Below are positions 18,992 through 29,422 of a stretch of DNA of 64,000 nucleotides, piece after piece. The DNA comes from Candidatus Bathyarchaeia archaeon (GTDB lineage Archaea > Thermoproteota > Bathyarchaeia > Bathyarchaeales > Bathycorpusculaceae). A program made the translations under genes and the position numbers. Under the pieces are notes generated by a model, which saw only the letters and a list, made by a program, of their open reading frames with translations, had not been told where the DNA came from and ran no database searches. Position 1 is the first letter of the stretch; each line of letters opens with the position of its first letter. The stretch spans positions 1-64,000 of the forward strand of contig JBEKHN010000010.1 of the NCBI GenBank assembly GCA_050012255.1, read 5' to 3'.

Positions 18992-19906
18992 TCAGGGTCT
19001 TGGTCGGTCTCTAAGTTGTAGATACGTGTCGAAGAATTCTTCGCTTCCTTGTTGTACGAGCTTTCTGAGTGTTTCTGTACCGAGGCGATTCTCGATCTCT
19101 TGAGCCATGTGGCAGCCTGTGATGTACCAAAGCCGTGTTTCTTTTCCACTCATCTCCTCAAAGATTTTGAGACGAGATCCGTTAACACTATTCAAATCGC
19201 TTTCAAGCTCACCAAGCAGTCTGAAATAATGGCTAACTCTTTTTGCTCTTTCTGCATTATTCAAGAGTACCCTGTAGTCGTTGTCGAGCAAGCCGCTTTC
19301 CTGAATTCTGAGTCTCAAGGGACTGATGACGCCCATTCCTTCGAGATGCGTCAGAAATTTGACGACGCTCAACAGCTCCGCATTTGTTCTCACGTCCCAA
19401 AGCTCGGGCAGCCGATGATACCTCAAGTAACCAGCATGAGCAAGCTCGTGGATCAAATAATAAATCGATTCACGCTTATCCAAACTGAACTGTCTAAAGT
19501 TCAGGTTTAGGGCAACGTTCTCGCCAAAAACGATGTTGTCGTACCCCATGTTGAGATAGACAGTCGTGTTGAAAAAATGACTTTTCGGAAGATATCTCAG
19601 AACTTCACTCAGCCATTTCGTTTCTTCCTGTTTCAGCAGGTACTCTTTGACGGCGTTGACATCGGATTCAAGCTCTGCACTCCAAGAGACCTTCGACAGT
19701 TGTGCCGACCAAAACTCCTCGATAGTCGCTTCAGAGTCAAAGGAAGACCACGAGTGATGAGCGTACGCAAGCTTGTTTCCAGGCTCAGATGCAAGCAGTC
19801 TGAGGCTTTCGTCAGTTGGATTTTGCAGATAATTGAGAGATGCCTCTAAACCTGAATCGTCGAACGTTACGACCTGCTTCTTGTCTGACGTGTCAATTGA
19901 GTTCAA
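18992..19906 (-). CDS. Putative Zn-dependent protease (DUF5700-like)
   Basis: HELAH with downstream EG and WYITGCHMA. Confidence 0.7.
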   Translation of the reverse strand: MNSIDTSDKKQVVTFDDSGLEASLNYLQNPTDESLRLLASEPGNKLAYAHHSWSSFDSEATIEEFWSAQLSKVSWSAELESDVNAVKEYLLKQEETKWLSEVLRYLPKSHFFNTTVYLNMGYDNIVFGENVALNLNFRQFSLDKRESIYYLIHELAHAGYLRYHRLPELWDVRTNAELLSVVKFLTHLEGMGVISPLRLRIQESGLLDNDYRVLLNNAERAKRVSHYFRLLGELESDLNSVNGSRLKIFEEMSGKETRLWYITGCHMAQEIENRLGTETLRKLVQQGSEEFFDTYLQLRDRPRP

Positions 19907-20275
19907 CGGTGTTTCCTGAGATTGAATTGTTGCCTTTCAACTTTATCAACATACTGTTGTGAAGCATACTATTTCGTCCACGTTCGGTGTGAGCACACAC
20001 GCAAGACATCCATTAATCCCTTATGAGGGAATTTAGACCAGAATCTTCCATCTCCCATTTCTGAAGAGAGTTTTTCTACGCACAGCCTCCTTGCTTGACC
20101 TGCCTTTCCAAGAGCGTTCAGGCTAGTTCCAAAAAAAGAGATTTTTTGAAAAAGTGACAAATAATGAGCCAGGAAAAATGGAGTGTGGCGCGCGCTTGTC
20201 TGATCGGTAAAAAGTCTTAAAACTCTCACTGTCCAATATTGAGAATGGCAAGTGTTGCGTAGTGGAGATTTGTGT

Positions 20276-20341
20276 ATGCCTTCATTGAAGAAGAAGAATG
20301 TTCAAAAGAAGAAAAAACACGCGGACAAGATTGGCAAATAG
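20276..20341 (+). CDS. Possible 21-aa Lys-rich peptide MPSLKKKNVQKKKKHADKIGK
   Basis: BRE/TATA-like AAAAAGTCTTAAAA at 20209-20222, GGAG upstream, ATG...TAG. Confidence 0.35.
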   Translation: MPSLKKKNVQKKKKHADKIGK

Positions 20342-20556
20342 TGGATTTCACGTTTGCTTTCCATGCTGGTCTTCGTCGCTAACATATTACGCCGTTGACG
20401 AGGGTTACCTATTCAGGAAAAGATAAGCGCGCGCGTCAACTGCAAATCGCTGTCTACAAGATTCTCCTTTTCAGATTCCGCCGCACAAGATATATCAAAG
20501 ACAAGCAAACCGTTTGGCTAGTCCACACGAATTTGAATGACTACGGGGGTGGGTGC

Positions 20557-20913
20557 ATGGAGACCTTAACGATGATTATTAGTAGTTCTCCTTACGGAGA
20601 CGAAAGAATCTGGAATGCCCTGAGGCTGGCAGAAGCGTTGTGTTGCATCGGTGAAAAAATGAAGATCAACATTTTCCTGATCGGCGACGCCGTAAACGCT
20701 GCCAAAAAGGGACAGAAGCCCCCTAGAGGCTTCTATAACATCGAGAAAATGCTTGCGGACCTTGTCAAGGCGGACGTGAACGCCCGCGTTTGCCACACAA
20801 GCATGAACTTAAGGGGGTTAACGGAGCAAGACTTGGTCAAAGGAACAAAAATGGGTACAATCACAGAGCTGTCCAAGTGGATACAGCAATCACAAAAAGT
20901 CATATCCTTCTAG
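20557..20913 (+). CDS. DsrE/DsrF-like (YchN-type) protein
   Basis: SPYGDE...NALRLA, IFL.GDAV, CHTS..LRG; SD GGGGGTGG before ATG 20557. Confidence 0.88.
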   Translation: METLTMIISSSPYGDERIWNALRLAEALCCIGEKMKINIFLIGDAVNAAKKGQKPPRGFYNIEKMLADLVKADVNARVCHTSMNLRGLTEQDLVKGTKMGTITELSKWIQQSQKVISF

Positions 20914-21118
20914 GGCACTAGTGTGCGCCCGTGGTTTTGAGGCCCGGTTCTACCCTCTGCTGAGCGCTCGGCACGCGCTATGCTTCAAGCCCGCGCAAAG
21001 TCAGAAAGGCCTCTCCCAACGCCCACATGCAGTGCTAGCACCTTAGGGGGGGTAGGTGGAATAGACGGGGTGAAAACGCGAATACAGGGATGTTGCGTCC
21101 GCTTCTTCAAACGCCCTG

Positions 21119-22063
21119 TCATTCTATCTGTTTCAGCATCTGACATGTCCTGCAGACCTTGTCGGTCGTCGGCTCCCCGCATTCGCTGCATTCGCCTAAG
21201 TCTTCCTTGCTTGCCACGTCTTCCAGGGCCGGCCTTATCTTCTCAATCGACTTGAAGACCGTGAACTTGATCCCTGCATGTTTCTCCTCCATTCTGTTAA
21301 GCATCGCACGCGCGTCGTTTCTCAACGCTTCTGAAGCGTACGGACACGGCCTGCTCTGAAACCTGATTCCTCTAAGGTAAGCGTACAAGGAAGTCTCCCT
21401 CTCAGGAACCTCGCAGAACGGCTTAATCCTCCGCACAAGCTTCGGATGCACTTCATCCGTGACCGGCTTCTCCCTCGCGATCCGCAAAACATCACCGTGA
21501 AGAATGTTCAGCAGAATCGTCTGCACCTCATCATCCAGCGTGTGAGCCGTTGCAAGCTTGTCTGCCTTGACCCTTCTTGCCGCTATGTTGAGTGCCTTTC
21601 TTCGGAGGACACCGCAGTACGCGCACGGTGTCTCTTTCGCACTGGCTTTTCGCCGTAAGCGCTCAACCATTTGGTCGAACGTGAAGCCAAAGAGTTCTTC
21701 AAAAGAGATTGTGACGTGCTCGACGCCGAGCTTTTGACAGTTTTCTGAGGCTATCATTAGGGCTTCGTCCCGATAACCCTTGATTCCCTCGTCCACAGTT
21801 ATTGCGACAAGGTGAGCCCTGGGGTATTTTCTCTCTATCCTCGCCAGTATGTGCAACAGGCTGACGCTGTCCTTTCCCCCTGAAACGGCAACAGATATCC
21901 TGTCGTGAAACTCGAACATGTTGTACTTCGCAATTGTCGCTCTCGTCTTCTCTTCCACGGACTTAGTCAAACATCGTCTGCACAGTCTAACACCAGAGTA
22001 TTGCCTAAAGAAGAACGCTTCTCGGCGGCGGCACACATCGCAAACGCTCGCACCCGTCATCAT
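21119..22063 (-). CDS. TtuA/Ncs6-family tRNA 2-thiolation protein
   Basis: N- and C-terminal CxxC pairs, SGGKDS PP-loop, CAYCGVLRR, ATAHTLDDE, CPY. Confidence 0.92.
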   Translation of the reverse strand: MMTGASVCDVCRRREAFFFRQYSGVRLCRRCLTKSVEEKTRATIAKYNMFEFHDRISVAVSGGKDSVSLLHILARIERKYPRAHLVAITVDEGIKGYRDEALMIASENCQKLGVEHVTISFEELFGFTFDQMVERLRRKASAKETPCAYCGVLRRKALNIAARRVKADKLATAHTLDDEVQTILLNILHGDVLRIAREKPVTDEVHPKLVRRIKPFCEVPERETSLYAYLRGIRFQSRPCPYASEALRNDARAMLNRMEEKHAGIKFTVFKSIEKIRPALEDVASKEDLGECSECGEPTTDKVCRTCQMLKQIE

Positions 22064-22324
22064 CCGAACTACCATCGTTGACTTTTTCTGCGGAACCATC
22101 GGAATAAGAAGCAAGACCTGTGTATATGTTAGCTGGTTGAACGATGTCAGCAACTCGTCCTGACCAGACGACTATTTCAGCATGGCAAAGTGCTACAAGC
22201 CCTTGAATATTGTTGCAAATGCTAACCAAGATTTCGGCGGGCACTCTGTCTCTAAACACACCGAGCCCATCCAACATTCGGTTTTCCACAGTCATCGAAT
22301 CCTAAAAATAAATGCTGTTCGCAA

Positions 22325-23056
22325 TTGTATCAAAGAGGCCAAAGGATGGCAAAAAAACCCACAAGGCGCTCAGAGCTACGAGAGTTAGTCTACGGCACCG
22401 AGCGTTGGCTCCTGCTTGAACAACTCAGGAAAAAAACCCTGCTGATAATGGAGCCCCTTGAAAAATCTCACCTTGAAGCCATCGTGCACGGCAGCATCGC
22501 AAGAGGGGACGTCTCAAGGAAAAGCGACATTGACATCTTCATACCAGCTCAAGTCTCATCATTCAGTGTAGAAACGGCCTTGGAAAAAGCAAGCATATCA
22601 GTCAACAGACGTTTGATTGTCCAGGCCACCCCCACCTACGACATGAAGGCCCACATCGAGGTAGACGAGAGCACAAGCGTCACGTTTCCCCTGATGAGAC
22701 TCCGCAAGGTTGAAAGAGAATTCTACAAGTTCGGCGGCGAAGTCGACTCTGACAGCGTCAGAAAAGGTCTGCGAACACTCGGGGTCGACAAGCGCTTGAT
22801 GCTCATCGAACCGATGGAGAAAGGCCACAGAGAGAGCACGGTCGTGGGCCGAGAGGAGCACGTTGCAAAAACGTTAGGCATAGCTGTGGAAACAGTGCTG
22901 GACCGGGTTCATGCCCTTCTCAGAAGAGACGAAGTCGGCAGAACAGGCGTCTTCATAAAACAGGAGCTTGCTCCAAGCGAAACTTTCGAGATGGTCCTGA
23001 GAAGGCTTGTCAGAGAGAATCCTGCAGTTCGCAGGCGACTGAAAAGCCTATCTTAA
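22325..23056 (+). CDS. Archaeal nucleotidyltransferase-domain protein (start probably 22347)
   Basis: HGSIARGDV...SDID, QATP, EFYKFGG, GVDKRL, GRTGVF. Confidence 0.88.
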   Translation: MYQRGQRMAKKPTRRSELRELVYGTERWLLLEQLRKKTLLIMEPLEKSHLEAIVHGSIARGDVSRKSDIDIFIPAQVSSFSVETALEKASISVNRRLIVQATPTYDMKAHIEVDESTSVTFPLMRLRKVEREFYKFGGEVDSDSVRKGLRTLGVDKRLMLIEPMEKGHRESTVVGREEHVAKTLGIAVETVLDRVHALLRRDEVGRTGVFIKQELAPSETFEMVLRRLVRENPAVRRRLKSLS

Positions 23057-23059
23057 GCT

Positions 23060-23629
23060 TCACGCATCAGGGGGGTAAAAGATGAGCTCCTTTTCCTCCA
23101 GTAGCTTCTGAAGCTTGCCGACCGCTTCGTAAACGTCTCCCTCCCGCTTTGCCCCCACGCACACCAGCTTTCCAGCTGAGAATATGAGGAACACAACCTT
23201 CGGGTCATCCATCCTGTAGACTGCTCCCGGAAACTGCTCGGGCTCATACATCACTTTTTGAAGCTTGTAGACAACGTTTTCCAAGTCTATTTCTCCGTTT
23301 AACTCTGCAGAAGCAACGATGTTCTGGATTTTAACCTCAGGCTTGTTTGGAAGCGGTATCCCATGGCTTCGCAGCTCCTTAGTAACCTTGTTCACCGCTT
23401 GAACCGCTTCCTTCTCAGATTTCGCACCTGTGCAGACCATCTTACCCGTCTCAAATATGAGAGTAGCCGTCTTCGGCTTCTTCAGCCGGAAAACGAGTCC
23501 CGGGAACACACGGGGGCTGTACTCAGCAAAGGGGAACTTCTGAACTATCTTTCCCAAGTTTATCCTCTGGTTAAGCGCCGCTGACGCAACAATGTTTTGA
23601 AGCCGTATCGTAGGTTTTGTCTTCGGCAT
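23060..23629 (-). CDS. tbp: TATA-box-binding protein
   Basis: Two repeats NIVASA...FPG...IF..GK.VC.GAK. Confidence 0.97.
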   Translation of the reverse strand: MPKTKPTIRLQNIVASAALNQRINLGKIVQKFPFAEYSPRVFPGLVFRLKKPKTATLIFETGKMVCTGAKSEKEAVQAVNKVTKELRSHGIPLPNKPEVKIQNIVASAELNGEIDLENVVYKLQKVMYEPEQFPGAVYRMDDPKVVFLIFSAGKLVCVGAKREGDVYEAVGKLQKLLEEKELIFYPPDA

Positions 23630-23721
23630 TATTTCATCTCAAACTCATTCGACTGATATAGCATGGCTTTATATAATACCTTTTAGGCAAACCAAACCAG
23701 ATTGAACGGAAAATCAAGTGT

Positions 23722-24609
23722 TCAATAGCTCTCTTCTGTTTGCGAGCGACCCCATTTCTTGACAAAGTCATAGCCAATTGTGAACACGAACTGGAGTCCT
23801 ATGGCAAGCAAAATACCGCTTGTAAATGGAATATTATCGTAAAACGATTTTTCATTTATGTCAATAGCTTCGATGGTTACGGAGTTCTGAAGTGTTCCAG
23901 CGTCCCATGTCATCGATGCCTGGGCTTGTGTTACATTGAAGTGTGATGGAGGATATTCAAGTCCTCTATTCAGAGGGAATGTCGTGGTTGGCCTAAAGCC
24001 CACAGGAAGTGCAACATACAGCGTGATATTCACACCACCAGAATTGAATGGCACTTTGAGTGCTTGCCATAGGTCCCGAACCACTTCAAAATCCATACCC
24101 ATTCCGAATGGAAGAATGATTGTGTATGACCCTCTGGTTCCATCCTGAAATGTGTTTTCAATCACGAAATCGCCCCATATTTCATGACCCAATCCCCATG
24201 AAGAGACGTTGTCTACTACATATTGGAGCCAGATTGCTGAACCGTGAGGCCTCGATCTCGTTGCCATTTTTTCAGATGCACCAGTTTGTTCCAGAATGTT
24301 GAAAGGAAAGGCAAAAATGAAGTTATAAGTACCATTCGCATTGCAAATGAAGTAATAATCAAAAAACAAATGCGGCGGATTGACTGATACCAGAACTGTC
24401 ATCGTGACAGGCGTGATGCTGCTGGTGTTATGAGCAATCTCAAAACCGCTGTAGCCTGCTTTGAACGAATAAACAGGTGCACTGTAAAAACTGACGAGAT
24501 AATAGGAAGCAAAGCCAATGCAAATAAGTCCTATTAAAAAGAGTGCGATCATGGTCCATCTGGTAATCTCTCTACGGTAAAACCGCATCCTCAGTCTAAT
24601 TGTCCTCAT
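23722..24609 (-). CDS. Hypothetical membrane protein with extracellular domain (AT-rich)
   Basis: 295-aa ORF with N- and C-terminal TM helices. Confidence 0.75.
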   Translation of the reverse strand: MRTIRLRMRFYRREITRWTMIALFLIGLICIGFASYYLVSFYSAPVYSFKAGYSGFEIAHNTSSITPVTMTVLVSVNPPHLFFDYYFICNANGTYNFIFAFPFNILEQTGASEKMATRSRPHGSAIWLQYVVDNVSSWGLGHEIWGDFVIENTFQDGTRGSYTIILPFGMGMDFEVVRDLWQALKVPFNSGGVNITLYVALPVGFRPTTTFPLNRGLEYPPSHFNVTQAQASMTWDAGTLQNSVTIEAIDINEKSFYDNIPFTSGILLAIGLQFVFTIGYDFVKKWGRSQTEESY

Positions 24610-24677
24610 GGTTCTTTCTAATTGTCATCTTGGCGTTATAAAGTTACTTCGCAAGTTCGTAAATACTAAAAAAAAGA

Positions 24678-24812
24678 TTACGGCAAGGCGTACAATTTCT
24701 TCGCTCTGCCTTCCTTCGGCTCAACAGCCTTAACCTTGCCGTCCTTGATCAACTTTTCCATCCGTGTCCTCACCATCTGCCTGCCCTTGTCTGGGTTGGT
24801 TAGCCTGCGTCC
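24678..24812 (-). pseudogene. 3' remnant of a small winged-helix-like gene
   Basis: Frame GRRLTNPDKGRQMVRTRMEKLIKDGKVKAVEPKEGRAKKLYALP* followed by a T-tract; no canonical start upstream of the internal Met. Confidence 0.4.
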
Positions 24813-24860
24813 TAAAGAATTATAAGACAGAAAACAACCTGTTGTTTAAACTGAGAAAGC

Positions 24861-25571
24861 ATGGCTGAGAACATAGGAAACCAATTCTGGCAAATTCTTA
24901 CATATATCTTGATACCTGTTGCAGCAATAATCGTCACAGTCACTCTGTGGTTCAAGGGTCGCCGACGTAAAGACTTGTCTTTCTTAGCATCCTGCACCGC
25001 TGTCCTGCCAAAGGTAGAGGATACAGTTGGAGAGAAGTTGAAGATACTGTTTGATGGCAGATGGGTCAGGCAGATATATCTCAATACTGTCACGCTCTTG
25101 TGTTCTGGCAATGAACCGATAAGGGCTGACGACTACGAAAAGCCAATTGAAGTGAATTTCGGAACTGATGTTAGAATACTTTCAGCAGAAATTGTCAAAC
25201 CGTCTAAGAGATGCCTCGAACCTGCAATCATAATCGAAAGAGGATCAGTGCACCTCACACCGATTCTTATGAACCATGGAGACAGGATAGATATGAAGAT
25301 AATAACAGGAAGTCGCCCTGAGAAAACAGCGATACGTGCTCGGATAGCAGGTGTAGATGAAATAAAGGCGATAAACAGGCACGAAAGGATGAGCTTTTGG
25401 GCTGCTGAGCTCGGAGTGGGATTCTTGCTTGCGACATTTGTATTGGTTGTTCCATTAACACAAGGGTTTACTTACTTTTTCGGTTGGCAGCTCGTTGGAT
25501 TTCTAATACTGGCTTCTGTTGGAATCTCGCTAATTGCAATAAGCCATTTCATATCAGGACCGAAGCTATAA
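24861..25571 (+). CDS. Hypothetical membrane protein
   Basis: N-terminal TM, beta-rich soluble part, two C-terminal TMs. Confidence 0.75.
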   Translation: MAENIGNQFWQILTYILIPVAAIIVTVTLWFKGRRRKDLSFLASCTAVLPKVEDTVGEKLKILFDGRWVRQIYLNTVTLLCSGNEPIRADDYEKPIEVNFGTDVRILSAEIVKPSKRCLEPAIIIERGSVHLTPILMNHGDRIDMKIITGSRPEKTAIRARIAGVDEIKAINRHERMSFWAAELGVGFLLATFVLVVPLTQGFTYFFGWQLVGFLILASVGISLIAISHFISGPKL

Positions 25572-25900
25572 TTCATGTGATACCGAGCCTCAATGACAAG
25601 CCATGCTTCGAACGGATTTCGACTGGATTTCGAACTTTGCTCATCAACTTTCGAACCCCCTCACAGCGCAACCGTATGGAAATCATCCAGTCGAAGCGTC
25701 GAAAAATCCCATCAATTCCCATTCGAAGAAGCGAAAAATTTAAAGATTGCCGCTCGACAATAGCATGCAAGCGCGCGCGGGACGTATTTAGGACTACCTA
25801 TAGTGTTTTGGTTTAGTTACGCAATCATATTATACAGTTTTGATTCGAGCGCGGGCTTCTTGCATTCGAGAATGGATGCACGGTTGATTTTTTTCGAGGT

Positions 25901-27016
25901 TCAGAAAACTGGGTAGCGAAGAAGCGCGGCTATCCCGCCCAAAGCAAGCAGTTTTAACCCCGCTTCATGCTCAGTGCTCACAATCATAGTGGTACCACCG
26001 CCCTTCTGTTCAACGGTCCTCATGATCTCCTCGACCAGCAAGCGCTTCTGTTCGTCAGCCTTACGGAGCACCGCATCTGCCAAAACAAGTTTTTCAACAG
26101 CCCCAAACTTCGCTGCCTTCTCAACCTCTTCAAAACCGTAACTAACGTTTGATTCGCCCTTTCCTAGCCTCTTCAAAACTTCTTCTACCACTCTTGCTTC
26201 TTCAGAAACCCGCAGATGCTTCACCGCTTTCAGAAGTATTCCTGCGCGTAGCGCCTCGTATATTCCAGCAACACCGCCGCTGTTGACACTTTTCACGTCT
26301 ACCACCGACTTCGCCAAGTCGGCCGCCTCGTTCTCTATGAACTTTGCAAAATCATTCTTTGTGAAGCCGACGCCGATGACTGCTATGGGGCTACGCGTCT
26401 GGGTCCAGATTTCCCGCAGACTGTTGAGTGCTCCCCTAAAGTATACGCTCGTAGCGGCATCTCTCTTCTCAGTCTCCAGCTTTCCAGGAAGCCTCATTCT
26501 CTGCTCAACCCTTTCTTCAACGCCGTACTGAGCCGTTGTAGCAATGGCATAGCCCTCGTCGTCTATCGAGATTATTATGATCGGTTTCTCAGAAGTCTTG
26601 CTCGCCCTCTGTAACCTCTCAATTTCATGTTCAGCCCAATCCTCTTTAACGATCGTCATCGGCGTGTTGAGCGTGATGTTAAGCGTGTGGTGCACACCTG
26701 ATGGAACGTCTTCAGACGCATCGCGGATGATTCCGTGAACTCTGAGCCTGCTTACGAGCTTGTCCCAGTCTACCTTTTCAACGCTGACGCCCAGAAAAAC
26801 AGGGATTCTTTCTCCGCGCTTGGGTCTCCCGTACTTCTCGTCAACCTTCACTTCTCGAGTTGTTCTAGCGTAAACCAGGTCATCCTTGCGAATAATGTTG
26901 TACAGATGCCAGAAATCATCCGCTGTTTCAGGAACAACCTTCACATACTCCTTCTTGCGGTTTATTTCCAGTATTCTCAAGGCTCTCAGCCTGCAAGCTT
27001 GGTGTTCAACATCCAA
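25901..27016 (-). CDS. pelA: mRNA surveillance protein Pelota
   Basis: DFWHLYNII, RLRVHG, HHTLNI, GGIAALLRYP. Confidence 0.96.
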   Translation of the reverse strand: MDVEHQACRLRALRILEINRKKEYVKVVPETADDFWHLYNIIRKDDLVYARTTREVKVDEKYGRPKRGERIPVFLGVSVEKVDWDKLVSRLRVHGIIRDASEDVPSGVHHTLNITLNTPMTIVKEDWAEHEIERLQRASKTSEKPIIIISIDDEGYAIATTAQYGVEERVEQRMRLPGKLETEKRDAATSVYFRGALNSLREIWTQTRSPIAVIGVGFTKNDFAKFIENEAADLAKSVVDVKSVNSGGVAGIYEALRAGILLKAVKHLRVSEEARVVEEVLKRLGKGESNVSYGFEEVEKAAKFGAVEKLVLADAVLRKADEQKRLLVEEIMRTVEQKGGGTTMIVSTEHEAGLKLLALGGIAALLRYPVF

Positions 27017-27185
27017 TAATCCCTTCGCCTATTAAAGGTGTAAATCCAGCAACACGAGGCCAAACGGTTCAGTTCTTTGAGGCAGAAGATCGGTTTGGTT
27101 TGAAGTCTTCTCTCAACTTCATGTCGAAAAGTCTATTTGTTCGTCTTGTGTTGCTCTTGCTTCAAAATCGTGAAGGCCACCGTGT

Positions 27186-29309
27186 TTGGTCATCGCCGAG
27201 TTCAGGTACAAGCTAAACAGGGTTGAAAGAGGCTACAACAACAGAACTCTGTACGTAAACCTCTCAAACATGCAGGTCGCAAGCAAACCAGTCAGTCAAG
27301 AGATGAAGGAAAAATTCATAGGCGGTCGCGGCTTCAACCTCTGGCTTCTCTGGAATGCCCTGCCTAGGGACCGTATCGTCAAATGGGACGACCCTGAAAA
27401 CGAAATTTGCATCGCATGCGGCCCATTAGGCGGAACACCTGTATATCCGGGCAGTGGAAAGAGCATAGCTGTTTCGATATCTCCGTTGACCGACACCGTT
27501 GTCGACTCGAACGTTGGCGGATACTTTGGACCTTACTTGAAATTTGCGGGATGGGACGCGCTTGAAATTCAGGGAAAAGCCAAGTCTGAAGTCGTTGTTC
27601 TAATCGACGGTGACGAAGGCAAGGTTCAAATTGAAAGTGCCTCACAACTGCCATCAGAGACTTATCCGATTACGGACTATTTGGCCAAGAAATATGGCGG
27701 AGAGAACGGCCGATGCGTATCCATAGTTTCTTCAGGTCCAGGCGCTGAGCACACGCGATTTGGATGCCTTAACCTCTCATGGTACGACGCTGCACGCAAG
27801 ATCCACAGGTTCAAACAGGCCGGCAGAGGGGGAATAGGCACAGTCCTCAGGAACAAGAGGGTGAAGGCAATAGCTGTCAAGTACTCTGGCAAGATTTCAG
27901 TAGACACAAACGGCCCGGCTGACCCAGAAATGTTTAAGCAGGTTGGCACGGCTCACAGTCAGGAGATCAGAAACCTTGACCCAACACAAAACGAAATGGC
28001 GTCTGTCGGCACGACTCATCTCGTGCTGATAATGAACGACTTCGACCTGCTTCCCATAAACAACTTCAGGTTCGGTAGCAACCCTGAAGCAGAGAAATTG
28101 GGACGCGAAGTCTACAGAAAGAAGTTCCACAAAGGCTTTGACGGTTGCTGGATGGGCTGCGCAATGTCATGCGCCCACGGCGTCAAAGACTTTGAGCTCA
28201 AAACAGGTCCCTACAAGGGGCAGAAAGTATTCGTGAACGGACCAGAATACGAAACAATCGCCGGCGTAGGAAGCAACTGTGGAATATTCGATGCCGACTA
28301 TGTTGTTGAAATGAACTTTTACTGCGATACGTACGGCTTGGACACAATTTCAGTGGGCACAGCCACCGCCTTTGCAATGGAATGCTACGAGATGGGACTC
28401 ATCGACAAGAGAGCGACTGAGGGTATGGACTTGAGGTTCGGCAACAAGGAAGCGGCTCTTGAGTTGGTTCATCAGATGGCGAAGGGTGTAGGCTTCGGCG
28501 TCGTGATTGGACAAGGGATCAGACGGATGAAGAGGCTTTTCGCAGAGAAATACGGCGCAGACTCCAAGGTCCTGCAAGAAATCGGCATGGAATCAAAAGG
28601 GTTAGAGTTCTCCGAGTATGTGACAAAGGAATCGTTAGCCCAGCAGGGCGGCTACGGGCTTGCCCTGAAAGGTCCTCAGCATGACGAGGCTTGGCTCATA
28701 TTCTTAGACATGGTGCACAACTTGATGCCCACCTTTGAGCAGAAGGCTGAAAACCTGCACTGGTTCCCCATGTTCCGCACTTGGTTTGGCCTGAACGGCC
28801 TTTGCAAACTTCCGTGGAACGACGTTGTTCCAATGGACAACAAGGAGACGAAAGAACCGGCCAAGGTTATTTCGCACGTCGAAAATTATGCGAAGTTTTT
28901 CTCAGCGGTCACGGGCATCAAGACTACTCGGGACGATTTGATCTTCATGAGCGAGAGCGTCTACAACTTTCAACGAATCCTCAGCCTGAGGATGGGTTTC
29001 GGCACCCGTCAGCATGACACATTACCCTACCGCGCTGTAGGCCCAGTAACCAGGGAAGAGTACGAAAGCAGAGCAGAACGCTACGATGAGCAGCTTAAGG
29101 AAAAACTCGGTTACAACCCTCAGGGCAAGTCAACAGAGGAGAAGATAGCTGTTCTGAGGAAGTACAGAGAGACGGAGTACGAGAGACTGAAAGACGCTGT
29201 TTACGCAAGACGAGGTTGGAACGCAAACGGCGTGCCCACTGTCGAGAAAGTGAAAGCTTTGGGAATAGACTACCCCGACGTGGTGGACTTGCTCGAGAAG
29301 CACGTCTGA
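27186..29309 (+). CDS. Tungsten aldehyde:ferredoxin oxidoreductase family protein
   Basis: FIGGRG, ISPLT, SNVGG, AGRGG.G, CWMGCAMSC, GPEYET, DTYGLDTIS. Confidence 0.93.
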   Translation: MVIAEFRYKLNRVERGYNNRTLYVNLSNMQVASKPVSQEMKEKFIGGRGFNLWLLWNALPRDRIVKWDDPENEICIACGPLGGTPVYPGSGKSIAVSISPLTDTVVDSNVGGYFGPYLKFAGWDALEIQGKAKSEVVVLIDGDEGKVQIESASQLPSETYPITDYLAKKYGGENGRCVSIVSSGPGAEHTRFGCLNLSWYDAARKIHRFKQAGRGGIGTVLRNKRVKAIAVKYSGKISVDTNGPADPEMFKQVGTAHSQEIRNLDPTQNEMASVGTTHLVLIMNDFDLLPINNFRFGSNPEAEKLGREVYRKKFHKGFDGCWMGCAMSCAHGVKDFELKTGPYKGQKVFVNGPEYETIAGVGSNCGIFDADYVVEMNFYCDTYGLDTISVGTATAFAMECYEMGLIDKRATEGMDLRFGNKEAALELVHQMAKGVGFGVVIGQGIRRMKRLFAEKYGADSKVLQEIGMESKGLEFSEYVTKESLAQQGGYGLALKGPQHDEAWLIFLDMVHNLMPTFEQKAENLHWFPMFRTWFGLNGLCKLPWNDVVPMDNKETKEPAKVISHVENYAKFFSAVTGIKTTRDDLIFMSESVYNFQRILSLRMGFGTRQHDTLPYRAVGPVTREEYESRAERYDEQLKEKLGYNPQGKSTEEKIAVLRKYRETEYERLKDAVYARRGWNANGVPTVEKVKALGIDYPDVVDLLEKHV

Positions 29310-29422
29310 GCCAGCTTCTTGAAATCGTTCAGATGCCTTCATCTTTTGGATTTTCACAGAATCTAAAGCATTTAAAAGCATGTCTTCATCCACTAATGAT
29401 AGTCTAGCATGGAGAATCTTCG

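Noticed and set aside
15305-21000. Integron cassette array
   Set aside because: Genes are in mixed orientations, I found no convincing RYYYAAC...GTTRRRY attC folds, and there is no integrase in the window.
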